A DNA stretch of 59,972 nt from a virus (IMGVR_UViG_3300041402_000464:1-59972), one strand, 5' to 3'; shown: positions 17,190 to 26,567, numbered from the stretch's first letter. Made by a program: numbers and translations. The notes: generated by a model not told the origin, from the sequence alone.

Positions 17190-17392
17190 GCGAAGCGTAT
17201 TCAGTTGGTGCGGTAAAGGTGATAATGAAAGGATATGTTTCCGGGGGCCTCATGAAACTAAAGAAAGAGTTCCCAGAGGCTTACCGCGATATGGAAATAA
17301 AGCTTGAAAGAAATTTTACTCAGGATGGAGTTGATAAATATGTTAAAGATTTAATCTTCGGGCTAAAAAAAATAGGATATTGGAATGTCTAA
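17177..17392 (+). CDS. Hypothetical protein
   Basis: Coupled ORF with GAGGAG RBS. Confidence 0.55.
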   Translation: MDQVSEAYSVGAVKVIMKGYVSGGLMKLKKEFPEAYRDMEIKLERNFTQDGVDKYVKDLIFGLKKIGYWNV

Positions 17393-18086
17393 ACTCACTG
17401 ATTCAGCGATAAAAATTACACGTAAAGACCATCAAATTTGTGTGATTTATAAAATAGTGAATAATACTAACGGTAAAATTTACGTAGGCCAAACGGTTAA
17501 TTTATATGACCGCTACAAGAGACATAAACGCAGCCTTGCGGAAGCAGATGAACATAATAGACCCTTGGTTTCTGCATTTAAGAAATATGGATTTGAAAAT
17601 TTCTCTTTCATGATTCTTGAAAACATTGATTGTGATACAAAAAAAATAACAGAAAGAGAACAGTACTGGATGGATAAATTTCAGAGTTGCAGAAAGAGCA
17701 ATGGATATAATGCTTGTCCTGCGGCTGGGTCTCCTTTCGGATATAAACATTCAGATGAAACAAAAGCTAAAGTGTCAGCGGCTTCAAAAAGGAGAAGGCA
17801 TACAGATGAAACAAAGAAAAAAATGTCTGAGATACAGAAAGGTAAAGTGATAAGTGCTGAAACGAGAAGAAAGATTAGTGAGTCTAAGAAAGGGGTAACT
17901 CCGAATAGGGTATATGGTAAAAAAGTGATTCAGTTTGATAAGGTAACTAATAAACAGATTGCTGAATTTAAAAGTGTAACTAAGGCCAGTAAGGAAATAG
18001 GGGTACATTTATCAAGTATTGCAAGAGCATGTAAAGTTAAAAGATATACCGCTGGTGGTTTTTTTTGGAGATATGCTAATGTCTAA
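17385..18086 (+). CDS. GIY-YIG homing endonuclease with NUMOD3/NUMOD1 repeats
   Basis: VIYKIVNNTNGKIYVGQT, REQYWMD, GYN, repeated HSDETKAKVS/HTDETKKKMS. Confidence 0.9.
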   Translation: MSKLTDSAIKITRKDHQICVIYKIVNNTNGKIYVGQTVNLYDRYKRHKRSLAEADEHNRPLVSAFKKYGFENFSFMILENIDCDTKKITEREQYWMDKFQSCRKSNGYNACPAAGSPFGYKHSDETKAKVSAASKRRRHTDETKKKMSEIQKGKVISAETRRKISESKKGVTPNRVYGKKVIQFDKVTNKQIAEFKSVTKASKEIGVHLSSIARACKVKRYTAGGFFWRYANV

Positions 18087-18363
18087 AATAACGGAGTCTT
18101 CTCGTGGCTCCATCTGCATCAAGTGTGGTGCGCCAAGGGCGTATGCCTGCCACCTAAATGGTCCCCGGCAACATGCCTTCGGGAAGGGTAGGGGACGCAA
18201 AGGGCATGATCTCGTCTCGGCTGAGTTCTGTCACAGATGTGACCAGGAGTTCACAGAGGGGAGTACGGCATTAAGGTGGGAAGATAAATGGCACAGGTCA
18301 GAGGAGTTTCTTTTTTATGTCACTTTAACAAACATTAGACGCTACGAGGAGGGGAGATTATGA
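18079..18363 (+). CDS. DUF1364/YbcO-like Zn-binding nuclease-fold protein
   Basis: MSKITESSRGSICIKCG...ACHLNG...GKGRGRKGHDLVSAEFCHRCD. Confidence 0.7.
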   Translation: MSKITESSRGSICIKCGAPRAYACHLNGPRQHAFGKGRGRKGHDLVSAEFCHRCDQEFTEGSTALRWEDKWHRSEEFLFYVTLTNIRRYEEGRL

Positions 18364-18809
18364 AAAATCAGGATATAGAAGAGATAGCGAAAATACCTAA
18401 AGGGTTTCTTTTAACGCAAGAGAAGCTTAAAAAGATTATGGACGTTAGGTTAGGGCAATTTGATTGTTTAACTGAAGAGGAAGTCACAGATATTTTTAAA
18501 GAGAAAGAGATAAGGCCGGAGAACTCAGGAGAAACATGGGAATATTCCCCGAAAGACCTCAAGCTATTTACTTTCACTAATAGCGGCTTAGGGTTATCAG
18601 CTATAGATGAAATTGGACAAACAGGCATAATTCCTCCTGCTATGGTTCATGGTAAAAATGGATACACTCGAATAGATCCACCAGTAGAAGAGGTCTGGGG
18701 TGAAAGTGCAATACAAAATGACAGATATAAGGCGGCTCAAAAGTATGCCAACGAAGTGGCGCGGCAGGCGTTAGAATTTCTTGACGAAATGAAAGAGGAC
18801 AAACCATGA
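18360..18809 (+). CDS. Hypothetical protein
   Basis: Coupled 149-aa ORF. Confidence 0.55.
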   Translation: MKNQDIEEIAKIPKGFLLTQEKLKKIMDVRLGQFDCLTEEEVTDIFKEKEIRPENSGETWEYSPKDLKLFTFTNSGLGLSAIDEIGQTGIIPPAMVHGKNGYTRIDPPVEEVWGESAIQNDRYKAAQKYANEVARQALEFLDEMKEDKP

Positions 18810-19255
18810 AGCTCTATTTTAGAAAAGTAGGCAATGTCTATGTTTTAGACTCCGGCGACGATGATAGCGGTATCAAGCAGGGTGAAATTGTAAGTGCTGA
18901 GATCAAGCGCCTCAGGAACTACCGTTTTCTTAAAAAGTATTTTGCCTTGATGAATTACGCTTTTGGTGTCTGGGAACCTGAATGTTTAGAATATAAAGGG
19001 AAACAAGTAGGCAAGAGCTTTAAGCAGTTCAGGAAGGATATCACCATCTTGGCCGGATACTATACTTTAACAGAGAATGTCAAAGGTGAGGTTCGAGCAG
19101 AAGCAGACAGTATATCTTTTGGGAAAATGGATGATGATAAATTTGAAACTCTCTATTCAAAAACTATTGACGTTCTTCTAAGACTTATTTTCAAGAATTA
19201 CACAAGGGAAGATGTAGATAAGGTAGTTGATAATATAATAGGCTTTGATGGATAG
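18806..19255 (+). CDS. DUF1367-family protein
   Basis: RNYRFLKKYFALMNYAFGVW, FRKDITILAGYY, SISFGKMDDDKFETLY. Confidence 0.8.
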   Translation: MKLYFRKVGNVYVLDSGDDDSGIKQGEIVSAEIKRLRNYRFLKKYFALMNYAFGVWEPECLEYKGKQVGKSFKQFRKDITILAGYYTLTENVKGEVRAEADSISFGKMDDDKFETLYSKTIDVLLRLIFKNYTREDVDKVVDNIIGFDG

Positions 19256-19372
19256 CAGGAATAGGCGCGAATCAAAAGATAAGGCATATAGGGAGAATTA
19301 GCGCGATATAGCCAAGGGGATTGCATAGGCCATACGTTTTAAATCGCTTGTAGGGCGAATATAGAGGTTGGA

Positions 19373-19573
19373 ATGAAAACAAATACTGAAATAGATCAGA
19401 TAACTCAAGAAGCCAAAGAAGCTATAGACCGTATAATACAAACAAGAGGCATTACATTGGTGTGTCGTAATGGACATACTGTAAGCGTAAGATATGAACA
19501 AGGGTCTATTGTTGACGGGAAGTATAAAGAGGAATATGTAAGAGAAATAGAACTTGATAATGTCCCTTTTTAA
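19373..19573 (+). CDS. Hypothetical protein
   Basis: GAGG RBS; last gene of rightward early unit. Confidence 0.5.
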   Translation: MKTNTEIDQITQEAKEAIDRIIQTRGITLVCRNGHTVSVRYEQGSIVDGKYKEEYVREIELDNVPF

Positions 19574-19581
19574 GAACAAAG

Positions 19582-19605
19582 AAAAAGGCGGGGATTAACC
19601 CGCCT
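19582..19605 (-). terminator. Terminator between convergent operons
   Basis: AGGCGGG/CCCGCCT stem with U-tract on minus strand. Confidence 0.65.
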
Positions 19606-19608
19606 CTC

Positions 19609-19767
19609 TTACTTCTCTTTCTTTCTGCCTCGGCCTCCTGGCTTCTTCGGGCCTTGATCCCACCTCGGATTATTACAGGCCGGACACGCAGAAGGCCTGC
19701 CAGGTTTCGTAGGCCACCAATCATGCTCACATTTTTGACAGTGACATTTTTCGATTGTCTCTTTCAT
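19609..19767 (-). CDS. 52-aa Zn-ribbon protein (below ORF-track cutoff)
   Basis: MKETIEKCHCQKCEHDWWPTKPGRPSACPACNNPRWDQG...; GGAGGGG RBS. Confidence 0.65.
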   Translation of the reverse strand: MKETIEKCHCQKCEHDWWPTKPGRPSACPACNNPRWDQGPKKPGGRGRKKEK

Positions 19768-20082
19768 ATCCCCTCCTCAACGCATTTAAAATCTATGCAG
19801 TTATTACTCACTCCAAGCCTTTTGGCTGTTAAAGCTTTACCTTTTAACATCTGAGGTATAGTTAATCCCTCTACTGGCATAGAACAAACTTTTTTCCCTT
19901 TGTAATAAAATTGAATCATAACTTTTTCTCCTTTGATTTAAGTGTAAAGCTGGTTTGCTTGCTTTCAAGTTCATCATCAATAACCTTAAGCCGCCTTTTG
20001 AATTCCTCATAATTAATCAGGTTGGCTCTGTAGTCATAAAAGACTGTGGCGCATCGAACTTTTAAACTATCCATCTGGCCCC

Positions 20083-20418
20083 CTATTTCTTAAAATGCGG
20101 ATCGTCCGGCACTTTCAAGCCATATTTAGCGGCAAGATGTTTGTATTCATGTGCCATACACTCCTCTGGCCAAGGAACATAGCAATGAAGATCGTTTTTA
20201 CTTGAGACAAAGAATCCAGTATATTCGCCTCGCTCACTCATCCCTACCTTTTCCCTATCCCAGCGCCAGTTATAAGTATAGGCGTTTTCCATTGCTACAC
20301 GCGATTCGTGCAGGATTAGAGTGTGCCTACTTATCTCTATCCTCTGGGGCTTATAGGCATGGTGAGCGCATCCGGTTTGTAGTAACAGCATTCCGGTTAA
20401 AACATATCTATGCTTCAA
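20083..20418 (-). CDS. Putative lipoprotein with HExxH motif
   Basis: LLLQTG-C lipobox-like; AHEYKH. Confidence 0.5.
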   Translation of the reverse strand: MKHRYVLTGMLLLQTGCAHHAYKPQRIEISRHTLILHESRVAMENAYTYNWRWDREKVGMSERGEYTGFFVSSKNDLHCYVPWPEECMAHEYKHLAAKYGLKVPDDPHFKK

Positions 20419-20611
20419 TGGATACCTCCTTTCGGTTGCGTTCGTTTATGAATTCGGTTAAATCGTTTTGGTTAAGACCGGCTTGCCATAAAAACTTGTC
20501 TTGGCAGGGTTTACATTGTCCGTGAGATATTCTAGGATCATTTAAGCTTAATAGCCCTTGGTATAATACTTTTTTGCAATGCCCACATACCGCTGTTATT
20601 CTCTCTCCCAT
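20408..20611 (-). CDS. Small Zn-binding hypothetical protein
   Basis: CGHC...ISHGQCKPC. Confidence 0.6.
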   Translation of the reverse strand: MGERITAVCGHCKKVLYQGLLSLNDPRISHGQCKPCQDKFLWQAGLNQNDLTEFINERNRKEVSIEA

Positions 20612-20689
20612 TGTCTTTGTGCCTCCCTTAAGTTTATTGTTTAATCAATCAAGCCCGACCTCCTCCGAAGAGAAGAGCGGGGGGAGAGA

Positions 20690-20944
20690 TTAAATCTTGT
20701 AAAATTCCTTTTCCGTTAAGTGCTTGGCCTCGTACTTGCCGCCCACTATCCTAAAACAAGCATAGACGGGGAATCCCGCAGCGTTATGAGTCTTGGGCTC
20801 GCCTACAAGAAAGGCGTTGTGCTTCATAGCTTGAGGCGGCAAGGCTCCCAGCATTTCATCGTACATATTCTGTGTTGTAGGTTGCCAGGTCTCTGGGTGT
20901 GCGTCCATAGCGTTCCAAAGGTCGCTCCATTCGTAGCCTTTCAT
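20690..20944 (-). CDS. Hypothetical protein (DUF1419-like)
   Basis: MYDEMLGALPP...FLVGEP...YACF. Confidence 0.55.
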   Translation of the reverse strand: MKGYEWSDLWNAMDAHPETWQPTTQNMYDEMLGALPPQAMKHNAFLVGEPKTHNAAGFPVYACFRIVGGKYEAKHLTEKEFYKI

Positions 20945-20959
20945 AGTCTCAATCCTCCC

Positions 20960-21331
20960 TTAACAAGCCAGCCTAGAGTCTTTATCTAGGCCATTAGTGT
21001 TTATATGGTTTGCCTCACAGCAATCGAAGCAGATTGAGTCGACATCAAAGCCTGTGTGGTGATCGTTTTTAAGCATTAAAGTGTTTTTATAGGTGAGGTT
21101 ATCATAGTAACGGGTTTTATAATTGTAAGTCATGAGCAAAGCCGCTATCTGTATTGCTGTTTGTGGTTGCGCCTCTGCCCGTCCAGCTTTTACTTCGAAG
21201 CGCAGTCCCGTATTTTCAAGGATATGCTTCATAGCAACATCGTTGATCTTGTCTCCGTCGATAAGAACCAGTAACGGCAGATTCTTTGTGTAGTCCTTCC
21301 CGTTACCGTTTACTCTTGTTATTGTTTCCAT
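20960..21331 (-). CDS. Hypothetical protein
   Basis: GAGGTG RBS; leftward operon. Confidence 0.6.
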   Translation of the reverse strand: METITRVNGNGKDYTKNLPLLVLIDGDKINDVAMKHILENTGLRFEVKAGRAEAQPQTAIQIAALLMTYNYKTRYYDNLTYKNTLMLKNDHHTGFDVDSICFDCCEANHINTNGLDKDSRLAC

Positions 21332-21475
21332 GATTTCACCTCTTTGTTTAAAGTTATTGCCTTAACAGCCTCAACCCACCCGTGCAGTATGCAAAGAATA
21401 TAATTCCCTTTGCCTTTCTTTACTGCTCCGTTGCCGCATATCGGACAATGTAGGTCTTGTAGGGTTAGCATGGTC

Positions 21476-21715
21476 TTAACCCTTTACCGTTTGAAGCTTA
21501 TTTATGTTTAATCCGTGCCTTACGTTGGCATTGCTGATCCCAGCATTGAAAGCGGTTAGATCCATTTCACCTTCCATCATAGGAAGTAACTCATTGCCTC
21601 CGTGAATAGCGTAGTCATACCCAGCAAAGGCAAGCTCAGTATTTCTTGTAGCTAGTGGCTCACCCTCAATGTTCTTCATACCCTCGTCAATCTCTTTTGC
21701 TATTTGTGCGTTCAT
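21476..21715 (-). CDS. Hypothetical protein
   Basis: GGAGGG RBS; leftward operon. Confidence 0.55.
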   Translation of the reverse strand: MNAQIAKEIDEGMKNIEGEPLATRNTELAFAGYDYAIHGGNELLPMMEGEMDLTAFNAGISNANVRHGLNINKLQTVKG

Positions 21716-21857
21716 GGTCTAACCCTCCAAATTAAGTAATAGACTTATAATTACGAATAATACCCAGAAGCGCCAATCTGTGACCGCACTCCATAAAGCT
21801 TTTAATAATAAACAAATCATACCGTCCTCCATTTAATTATTCTTATCTCTTGATTAA

Positions 21858-21895
21858 AATATATCTAATAGTATTCACCCTGTCAAATACTATTA
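21858..21895 (-). promoter_or_regulatory. Leftward sigma70 promoter with overlapping inverted-repeat operator
   Basis: Minus strand TTGACA-17nt-TATATT; TAATAGTATT (21866-75)/AATACTATTA (21886-95) inverted repeat. Confidence 0.7.
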
Positions 21896-22159
21896 TGCAC
21901 TCAAACCATAAATGGTTCTAAAGAACTATACCCACTAGTCACAAAGAACTACTCCCCTCTAATTATAAAGAACTATAAAAAAGACTTGACAAGCCCCTCT
22001 CTCTCAATGTATATATCTCTCTGTTCCCTTCTTATTAATAAACGTGATGCTTATTAACTTTAAAAGATATATAGCTGTAATGCTTATTTATATACATATC
22101 TATATAGGGAATTTCTAAATAATTAAAAAAAAAGAAAAAAGAAAGGGTAGATACATCTC

Positions 22160-22783
22160 ATGGAAGACAAAAATACACCACCAGCCAAACCATTATTCTC
22201 CAATCCACCAACAAATAGATTACAATCAATCCAAGAAGAATTAATTAACGAAACTTCATCCGAAATACCTCTCGAAACTATCAAAGATATTCCCTATTCA
22301 ACCAGATCCTCTCGAATAACTACTGCTTTACTTAAACTTGACGACAAACAACGAACCATCGTTAAAGCAAAAACAGAAGGAAAAACCGATAAAGAAGCCT
22401 TAGAATCAGCCGGTTACTCTCCTTCTTATATTAGAAACGAAGGAAAGAAACTTATTGAAAAACCAGCCATACAATCAACTTTGCAAATAATTATGGATAA
22501 TTCAGGCATTACAGATGAATTTATGGTAGGAAAACTCAAAGAAGGAATGGACGCCACTCGAACAATCGTTGTAAAAGGTGGAAAAGACAAACCAGACAAG
22601 ATAATCGAGTCAAGCGATCATTCAGTCCGGCATAAGTTCATCGAGACAGGATTAAAGCTAAAAGGTCACCTCGACAAGAAAGTTGACATAGTTCACCACA
22701 AATCACATGAAGATCAGCTGCGGGAACTCCAAGGCGGTGAGATCATAGATGCAGACTACGATGAAATCCTGCCAGATGCTTGA
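22160..22783 (+). CDS. terS: Terminase small subunit (putative)
   Basis: HTH-like EALESAGYS, KLKEGMDAT, DHSVRHKFIETGLKLKG; upstream of TerL cluster. Confidence 0.7.
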   Translation: MEDKNTPPAKPLFSNPPTNRLQSIQEELINETSSEIPLETIKDIPYSTRSSRITTALLKLDDKQRTIVKAKTEGKTDKEALESAGYSPSYIRNEGKKLIEKPAIQSTLQIIMDNSGITDEFMVGKLKEGMDATRTIVVKGGKDKPDKIIESSDHSVRHKFIETGLKLKGHLDKKVDIVHHKSHEDQLRELQGGEIIDADYDEILPDA

Positions 22784-22909
22784 ATTATCATCAAATAGCC
22801 AAGGGGGTAGCAAGGGTGTCTCTTCTTGAATCGCTTAAATCGAGTATTTGGGCTTCGACATCTTCCCTTCTCTCTTCATTACTATGAAAAAAGGTCAAGA
22901 ATAGTCAAG

Positions 22910-22937
22910 AGTTTACATAATAAATGTTATAAGACGT
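22910..22937 (-). other. dif-like XerC/XerD recombination site
   Basis: Minus strand ACGTCTTATAA-CATTTA-TTATGTAAACT (11-6-11 geometry). Confidence 0.75.
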
Positions 22938-23000
22938 AACTTAATCACTTACAAGTCAATGATATCAACGGTTTACAGCGTTTCAAGAGATTATCACCAG

Positions 23001-23032
23001 TTATCCACAGGCAATATGACAAGTTATCCACA
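23001..23032 (+). promoter_or_regulatory. Two perfect DnaA boxes
   Basis: TTATCCACA at 23001-23009 and 23024-23032. Confidence 0.55.
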
Positions 23033-23373
23033 GTTTGAGGACATAACATGACCGAATACTCACCAACATTATCACTGATCTTTCCTCGATCATCTTCTAT
23101 TTACTTCTTCTCTATTCGATTCATACTGATAAGCAGCATCATCCTGTCAAGCTGGGCAGCATGCCATCCATTACAAGGAGGAGAAGCAGCGGCCAGCACT
23201 ATAAAGGAGAGCAGCACCATCAAGACCACCATAGCCCACACCCCCCACCACCCATTGACCCCTTCTCTCTCAGGTCCACAGCAATCTTTATATATCGACC
23301 TAGGCTATTCAAACAACTCCTTTTCTACAACAAAGAGGTATAAAAATTTTTCTCCCGATTTTTAAGATAATTA

Positions 23374-23625
23374 ATGATTTTATATCACTATACAAAAAAA
23401 GAAAATTTAGAATCTATTTTATTGAATGGATTGAGGCCAAGTGAATTGGGTATTGTTTACTTAACGCCATCTCCTGAGAAGTTAAAAGGTTTTGGAGATA
23501 TTTTATTGGAGGTAGAGACAGGTGATTTAAAATTAACCTGTTTTGAGGATTGTGAGGATTGGGAGGTATTATGCTGGGGTAGTATTGGACCTGAGCAGAT
23601 AAAATTTTTTTCTAATTTTTTTTAA
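23374..23625 (+). CDS. Small ADP-ribosyltransferase-fold-like protein
   Basis: LYHYTKKENLESILLNGLRP...VYLT...ILLEV...E pattern. Confidence 0.55.
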   Translation: MILYHYTKKENLESILLNGLRPSELGIVYLTPSPEKLKGFGDILLEVETGDLKLTCFEDCEDWEVLCWGSIGPEQIKFFSNFF

Positions 23626-24011
23626 CAAAAGGAGGAAATGCAACATGAAACATATTTTAAAGATAGAGCCAGCAATACCACCGAAGGAGAGACACCGTAT
23701 TGAGAAGTTTTTAGCAGAGGAAATGGGGTACAGATGGAACGGAGGTGGGCAAGCAACTGACGGAAGTTTTTCAGATATATCTTTTGAAAGAGAAGACCCG
23801 AGGGATAAGGATGGGAGGGGTTGAAATATGTGGGGTGTTTTTGAATATGATGAGAGTATCCATATTATCCCATGTGATGAAGATGGTAAAAAATTTTCGC
23901 CCCATGTTGGCCATCAATTGTGCCAGTGTCAACCTGAAGTAATAGCATGGGGTGAAGATGGTCGTATAATTTTTAATCATAATCAAGTTAATTGATATGT
24001 AGTGAGTAGAT

Positions 24012-24039
24012 TTGACATTGGGAAAGGCTTTGCTATACT
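24012..24039 (+). promoter_or_regulatory. Sigma70 promoter
   Basis: TTGACA-16nt-TATACT with extended TG. Confidence 0.65.
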
Positions 24040-24115
24040 GATAACAAGAGGGAAAAATAAATTTTTTTGTTTTAAACCATATTAGATTGCGCGGGTAGCG
24101 CCGGGAGGTGGCAGG

Positions 24116-24352
24116 ATGGATGTAGTAGAGTTGCTTAAGGATATGAAAGAGGCATGTAAGATTAAGTGTGATTGTAGTATAGAGCTTGAAGATGACAATT
24201 TGATTTTAAAATGGGATGGTAAAGTATGGGGCCACAGGGCTGTTATATCTCCGCTGGACTTACTCAACCCCAACCACCTAAAAATGAGGCTTGAACATTC
24301 TGGCTATGCAATAGGTAAACTGCTATCCGATATAAATAAAGGGGGTGGTTGA
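24116..24352 (+). CDS. Hypothetical protein
   Basis: GGAGG RBS; coupled series. Confidence 0.5.
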   Translation: MDVVELLKDMKEACKIKCDCSIELEDDNLILKWDGKVWGHRAVISPLDLLNPNHLKMRLEHSGYAIGKLLSDINKGGG

Positions 24353-24587
24353 TATGTTATTCATAGGCGGGTCACAGGATGGGAAGTATATAGATGTTCC
24401 AAATGGTATGAATGAGAAGGTATATATGCATGGCTCACCATTGTCTAAAACCCCCCCTAACGGGACGTTGGAGAAGTATAGGAGGGTAAGTATATCCCTA
24501 TGCGAGATGATGGTTGTAGAATATTTATCTGTGGGTGAGGTAATACCCCGTCTGATGGGCCACTACAGGCCGGAGGTGGGCTCATGA
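24345..24587 (+). CDS. Hypothetical protein
   Basis: LFIGGSQDG motif; coupled series. Confidence 0.55.
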   Translation: MVDMLFIGGSQDGKYIDVPNGMNEKVYMHGSPLSKTPPNGTLEKYRRVSISLCEMMVVEYLSVGEVIPRLMGHYRPEVGS

Positions 24588-24991
24588 TAGTTGTATTAAA
24601 AGTAGAGACAATAGAGGTTCCCGGTGATGTATACGAGTATGGAGACTTTGGAAAGCCAAGAGTAAATGCCTATCGTCCCGGCGACGTACCGGAAGAACGG
24701 TCTTGCAAGAGAGAATTTATACAAGGCAGGCGTTTTATCGATGAAAACGGGCGTGAGCTTATCATGGGTATGACTAAACAAGCACACTCAAGGTTGGAGG
24801 TTCCGTTTAATGTTATTAGTAATCTACAGGAGTCACTAGCGACACACCGTCAAGACAAGGTGAATCGGGATGCCAGTATAAACAGATATCAGTCCTGTAT
24901 TTCTAAGCTTGGTCGAACGGGTTTTTGGAAACGATTTAAATTTCTCTTCACTGGAATAATGATCGAGGAAGAGCCAAGGCCGAAGGTGTAG
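24584..24991 (+). CDS. Hypothetical protein
   Basis: GGAGG RBS; coupled series. Confidence 0.55.
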   Translation: MIVVLKVETIEVPGDVYEYGDFGKPRVNAYRPGDVPEERSCKREFIQGRRFIDENGRELIMGMTKQAHSRLEVPFNVISNLQESLATHRQDKVNRDASINRYQSCISKLGRTGFWKRFKFLFTGIMIEEEPRPKV

Positions 24992-24993
24992 CC

Positions 24994-25245
24994 ATGATAT
25001 ACGGTAATAAGTCGGTGAGGCCTGAGAGTGTTGGTAAAATCTTTCGTGGGGATAAACACCGGAGACCAGTTGATATTATCACTATCCGGGCCATAAAAGG
25101 GCTCATCTGGGGCTTTTACTCCCCTTCCCCGTGGACGGTATGGATAAGGGTTGCCGCCCTCCCCTACGGGATAGAGGTAACGAGGTTTGGGTATCTGACA
25201 TGGTGGAAGCGTTACGAGGTGAGAGTCTTGAGGGTTACGCCATGA
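24994..25245 (+). CDS. Hypothetical protein
   Basis: Fills gap, overlaps next start. Confidence 0.35.
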   Translation: MIYGNKSVRPESVGKIFRGDKHRRPVDIITIRAIKGLIWGFYSPSPWTVWIRVAALPYGIEVTRFGYLTWWKRYEVRVLRVTP

Positions 25246-25457
25246 ACCGTAGATCATTCCTGAAACGAACAGCGGCTTTTGTGGCGGTTGCGGTGGGTGT
25301 GCCGGCCACTATGATCCCGAAAGTCTTGGAAGCGGCGCCAGTTGTTCCGGCCTTGACTTTCCCTCCACATGCGGTATATCCTTCTTTTAAGTCATTTATT
25401 CCTGAACTATGGAGTAAGGAATTGTTAAAACAGGCACATAAAGGTTTTTTTCAATAA
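25242..25457 (+). CDS. Twin-arginine mini-protein with capsid N-terminal-like motif
   Basis: MNRRSFLK + hydrophobic stretch; FIPELWSKELL. Confidence 0.6.
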   Translation: MNRRSFLKRTAAFVAVAVGVPATMIPKVLEAAPVVPALTFPPHAVYPSFKSFIPELWSKELLKQAHKGFFQ

Positions 25458-25490
25458 ATATCACAAACACTAAACGTAAGGGGTAGACTT

Positions 25491-25934
25491 ATGAATAGGA
25501 AAATAATAACCGACGAGAAGTTCTTGACTCAAACAAGTGTCGAGGCCAACCTTGCCATTATCAAGCAGGATTCTCCCATCATTCAAGATCTTATAAAGGT
25601 TGCCGAGGAGAACAAAGATTATTGCCTTTGTCTCACTGGCAACCAGATCGGATACTATGAAAAGGTGCTGGTAATTAAAACCAACGCCGGGTCATGGGCC
25701 GCGATCATCAATCCTACCATCATTGCCAAGCATGGGGGCCGGAAGAAAAGCCGTGAGCTATGCCTTTCCCATCCAGGCAAAAGAATAATCACCAAGAGAT
25801 ATAAAGAGATCACTGTTACATACCATGTTTTTGACGATGATGGTAAGCTGATCGGTCTTAAAAGCAAGTTCAAAGGTCTGCCGGCGGTAACGATACAGCA
25901 TGCCATAGATCATTTCAACGGTGAGGCAATATGA
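25491..25934 (+). CDS. def: Peptide deformylase homolog with degenerate motifs
   Basis: CLCLTGNQIG, INPTI, ELCLSHPG, QHAIDHFNG versus canonical GxGxAAxQ, EGCLS, QHExDHLxG. Confidence 0.85.
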   Translation: MNRKIITDEKFLTQTSVEANLAIIKQDSPIIQDLIKVAEENKDYCLCLTGNQIGYYEKVLVIKTNAGSWAAIINPTIIAKHGGRKKSRELCLSHPGKRIITKRYKEITVTYHVFDDDGKLIGLKSKFKGLPAVTIQHAIDHFNGEAI

Positions 25935-26257
25935 GAACTTTTGAAATGGCAATACAGTCAGATTTCGCAACAGGAGAAATAGGATTGTATATTGCCGAAC
26001 GCAGAGATGGCGAACTTTATATTGCACAACCTATCGAATTAGTGTTCGAGCACGTACCAAGAGGCCAACAATCGAAAGGTCCGACCATATCAGTTAATCA
26101 TTTCGATTCTAAGGAATTCTTCGGCGCCATGCAAAAAGTTATGTCTGAAAAAGGAATTGAAACTGAAAGCGAGAGTATGGCAAAGGGTAAACTTGAAGCC
26201 ACTGTTCATCACCTTGAAGACATGAGAACTCTTTTAAAACTTAAAAAGAGAGGTTGA
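25931..26257 (+). CDS. Hypothetical phage protein
   Basis: C-terminal GKLEATVHHLEDMRTLL motif. Confidence 0.65.
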   Translation: MRTFEMAIQSDFATGEIGLYIAERRDGELYIAQPIELVFEHVPRGQQSKGPTISVNHFDSKEFFGAMQKVMSEKGIETESESMAKGKLEATVHHLEDMRTLLKLKKRG

Positions 26258-26567
26258 TATGATTCACTGGACAATAGTATTGCTACTTTGTTCCTTAAGC
26301 GCAAGTCTTGGTTTTCTTCTTGCCGCATGCCTTTCTGCCAGCAAGGAAGGATGATCGACCTGATCACAAATTTAGGCCAAGTTGCCCCGACCTCTAATGA
26401 AGAAGAGGGAATGGAAGCCAGCTATAAGCGACCTTTTGTAGAAGACTCCGGGGATATGGAAACTTTCGACGCTCCTATTGATGTTATCAGAGATGGTTTA
26501 TCCGAGGCCTGTGTGGAAGCTTTGAAAGTTAATACTACAGGGGATTGGAAAAAAGAAGGATTTGTAG

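Noticed and set aside
23048-23365. 105-aa and 60-aa ORFs after terS
   Set aside because: Low-complexity, skewed composition in a likely regulatory or packaging region; not supported as genes.
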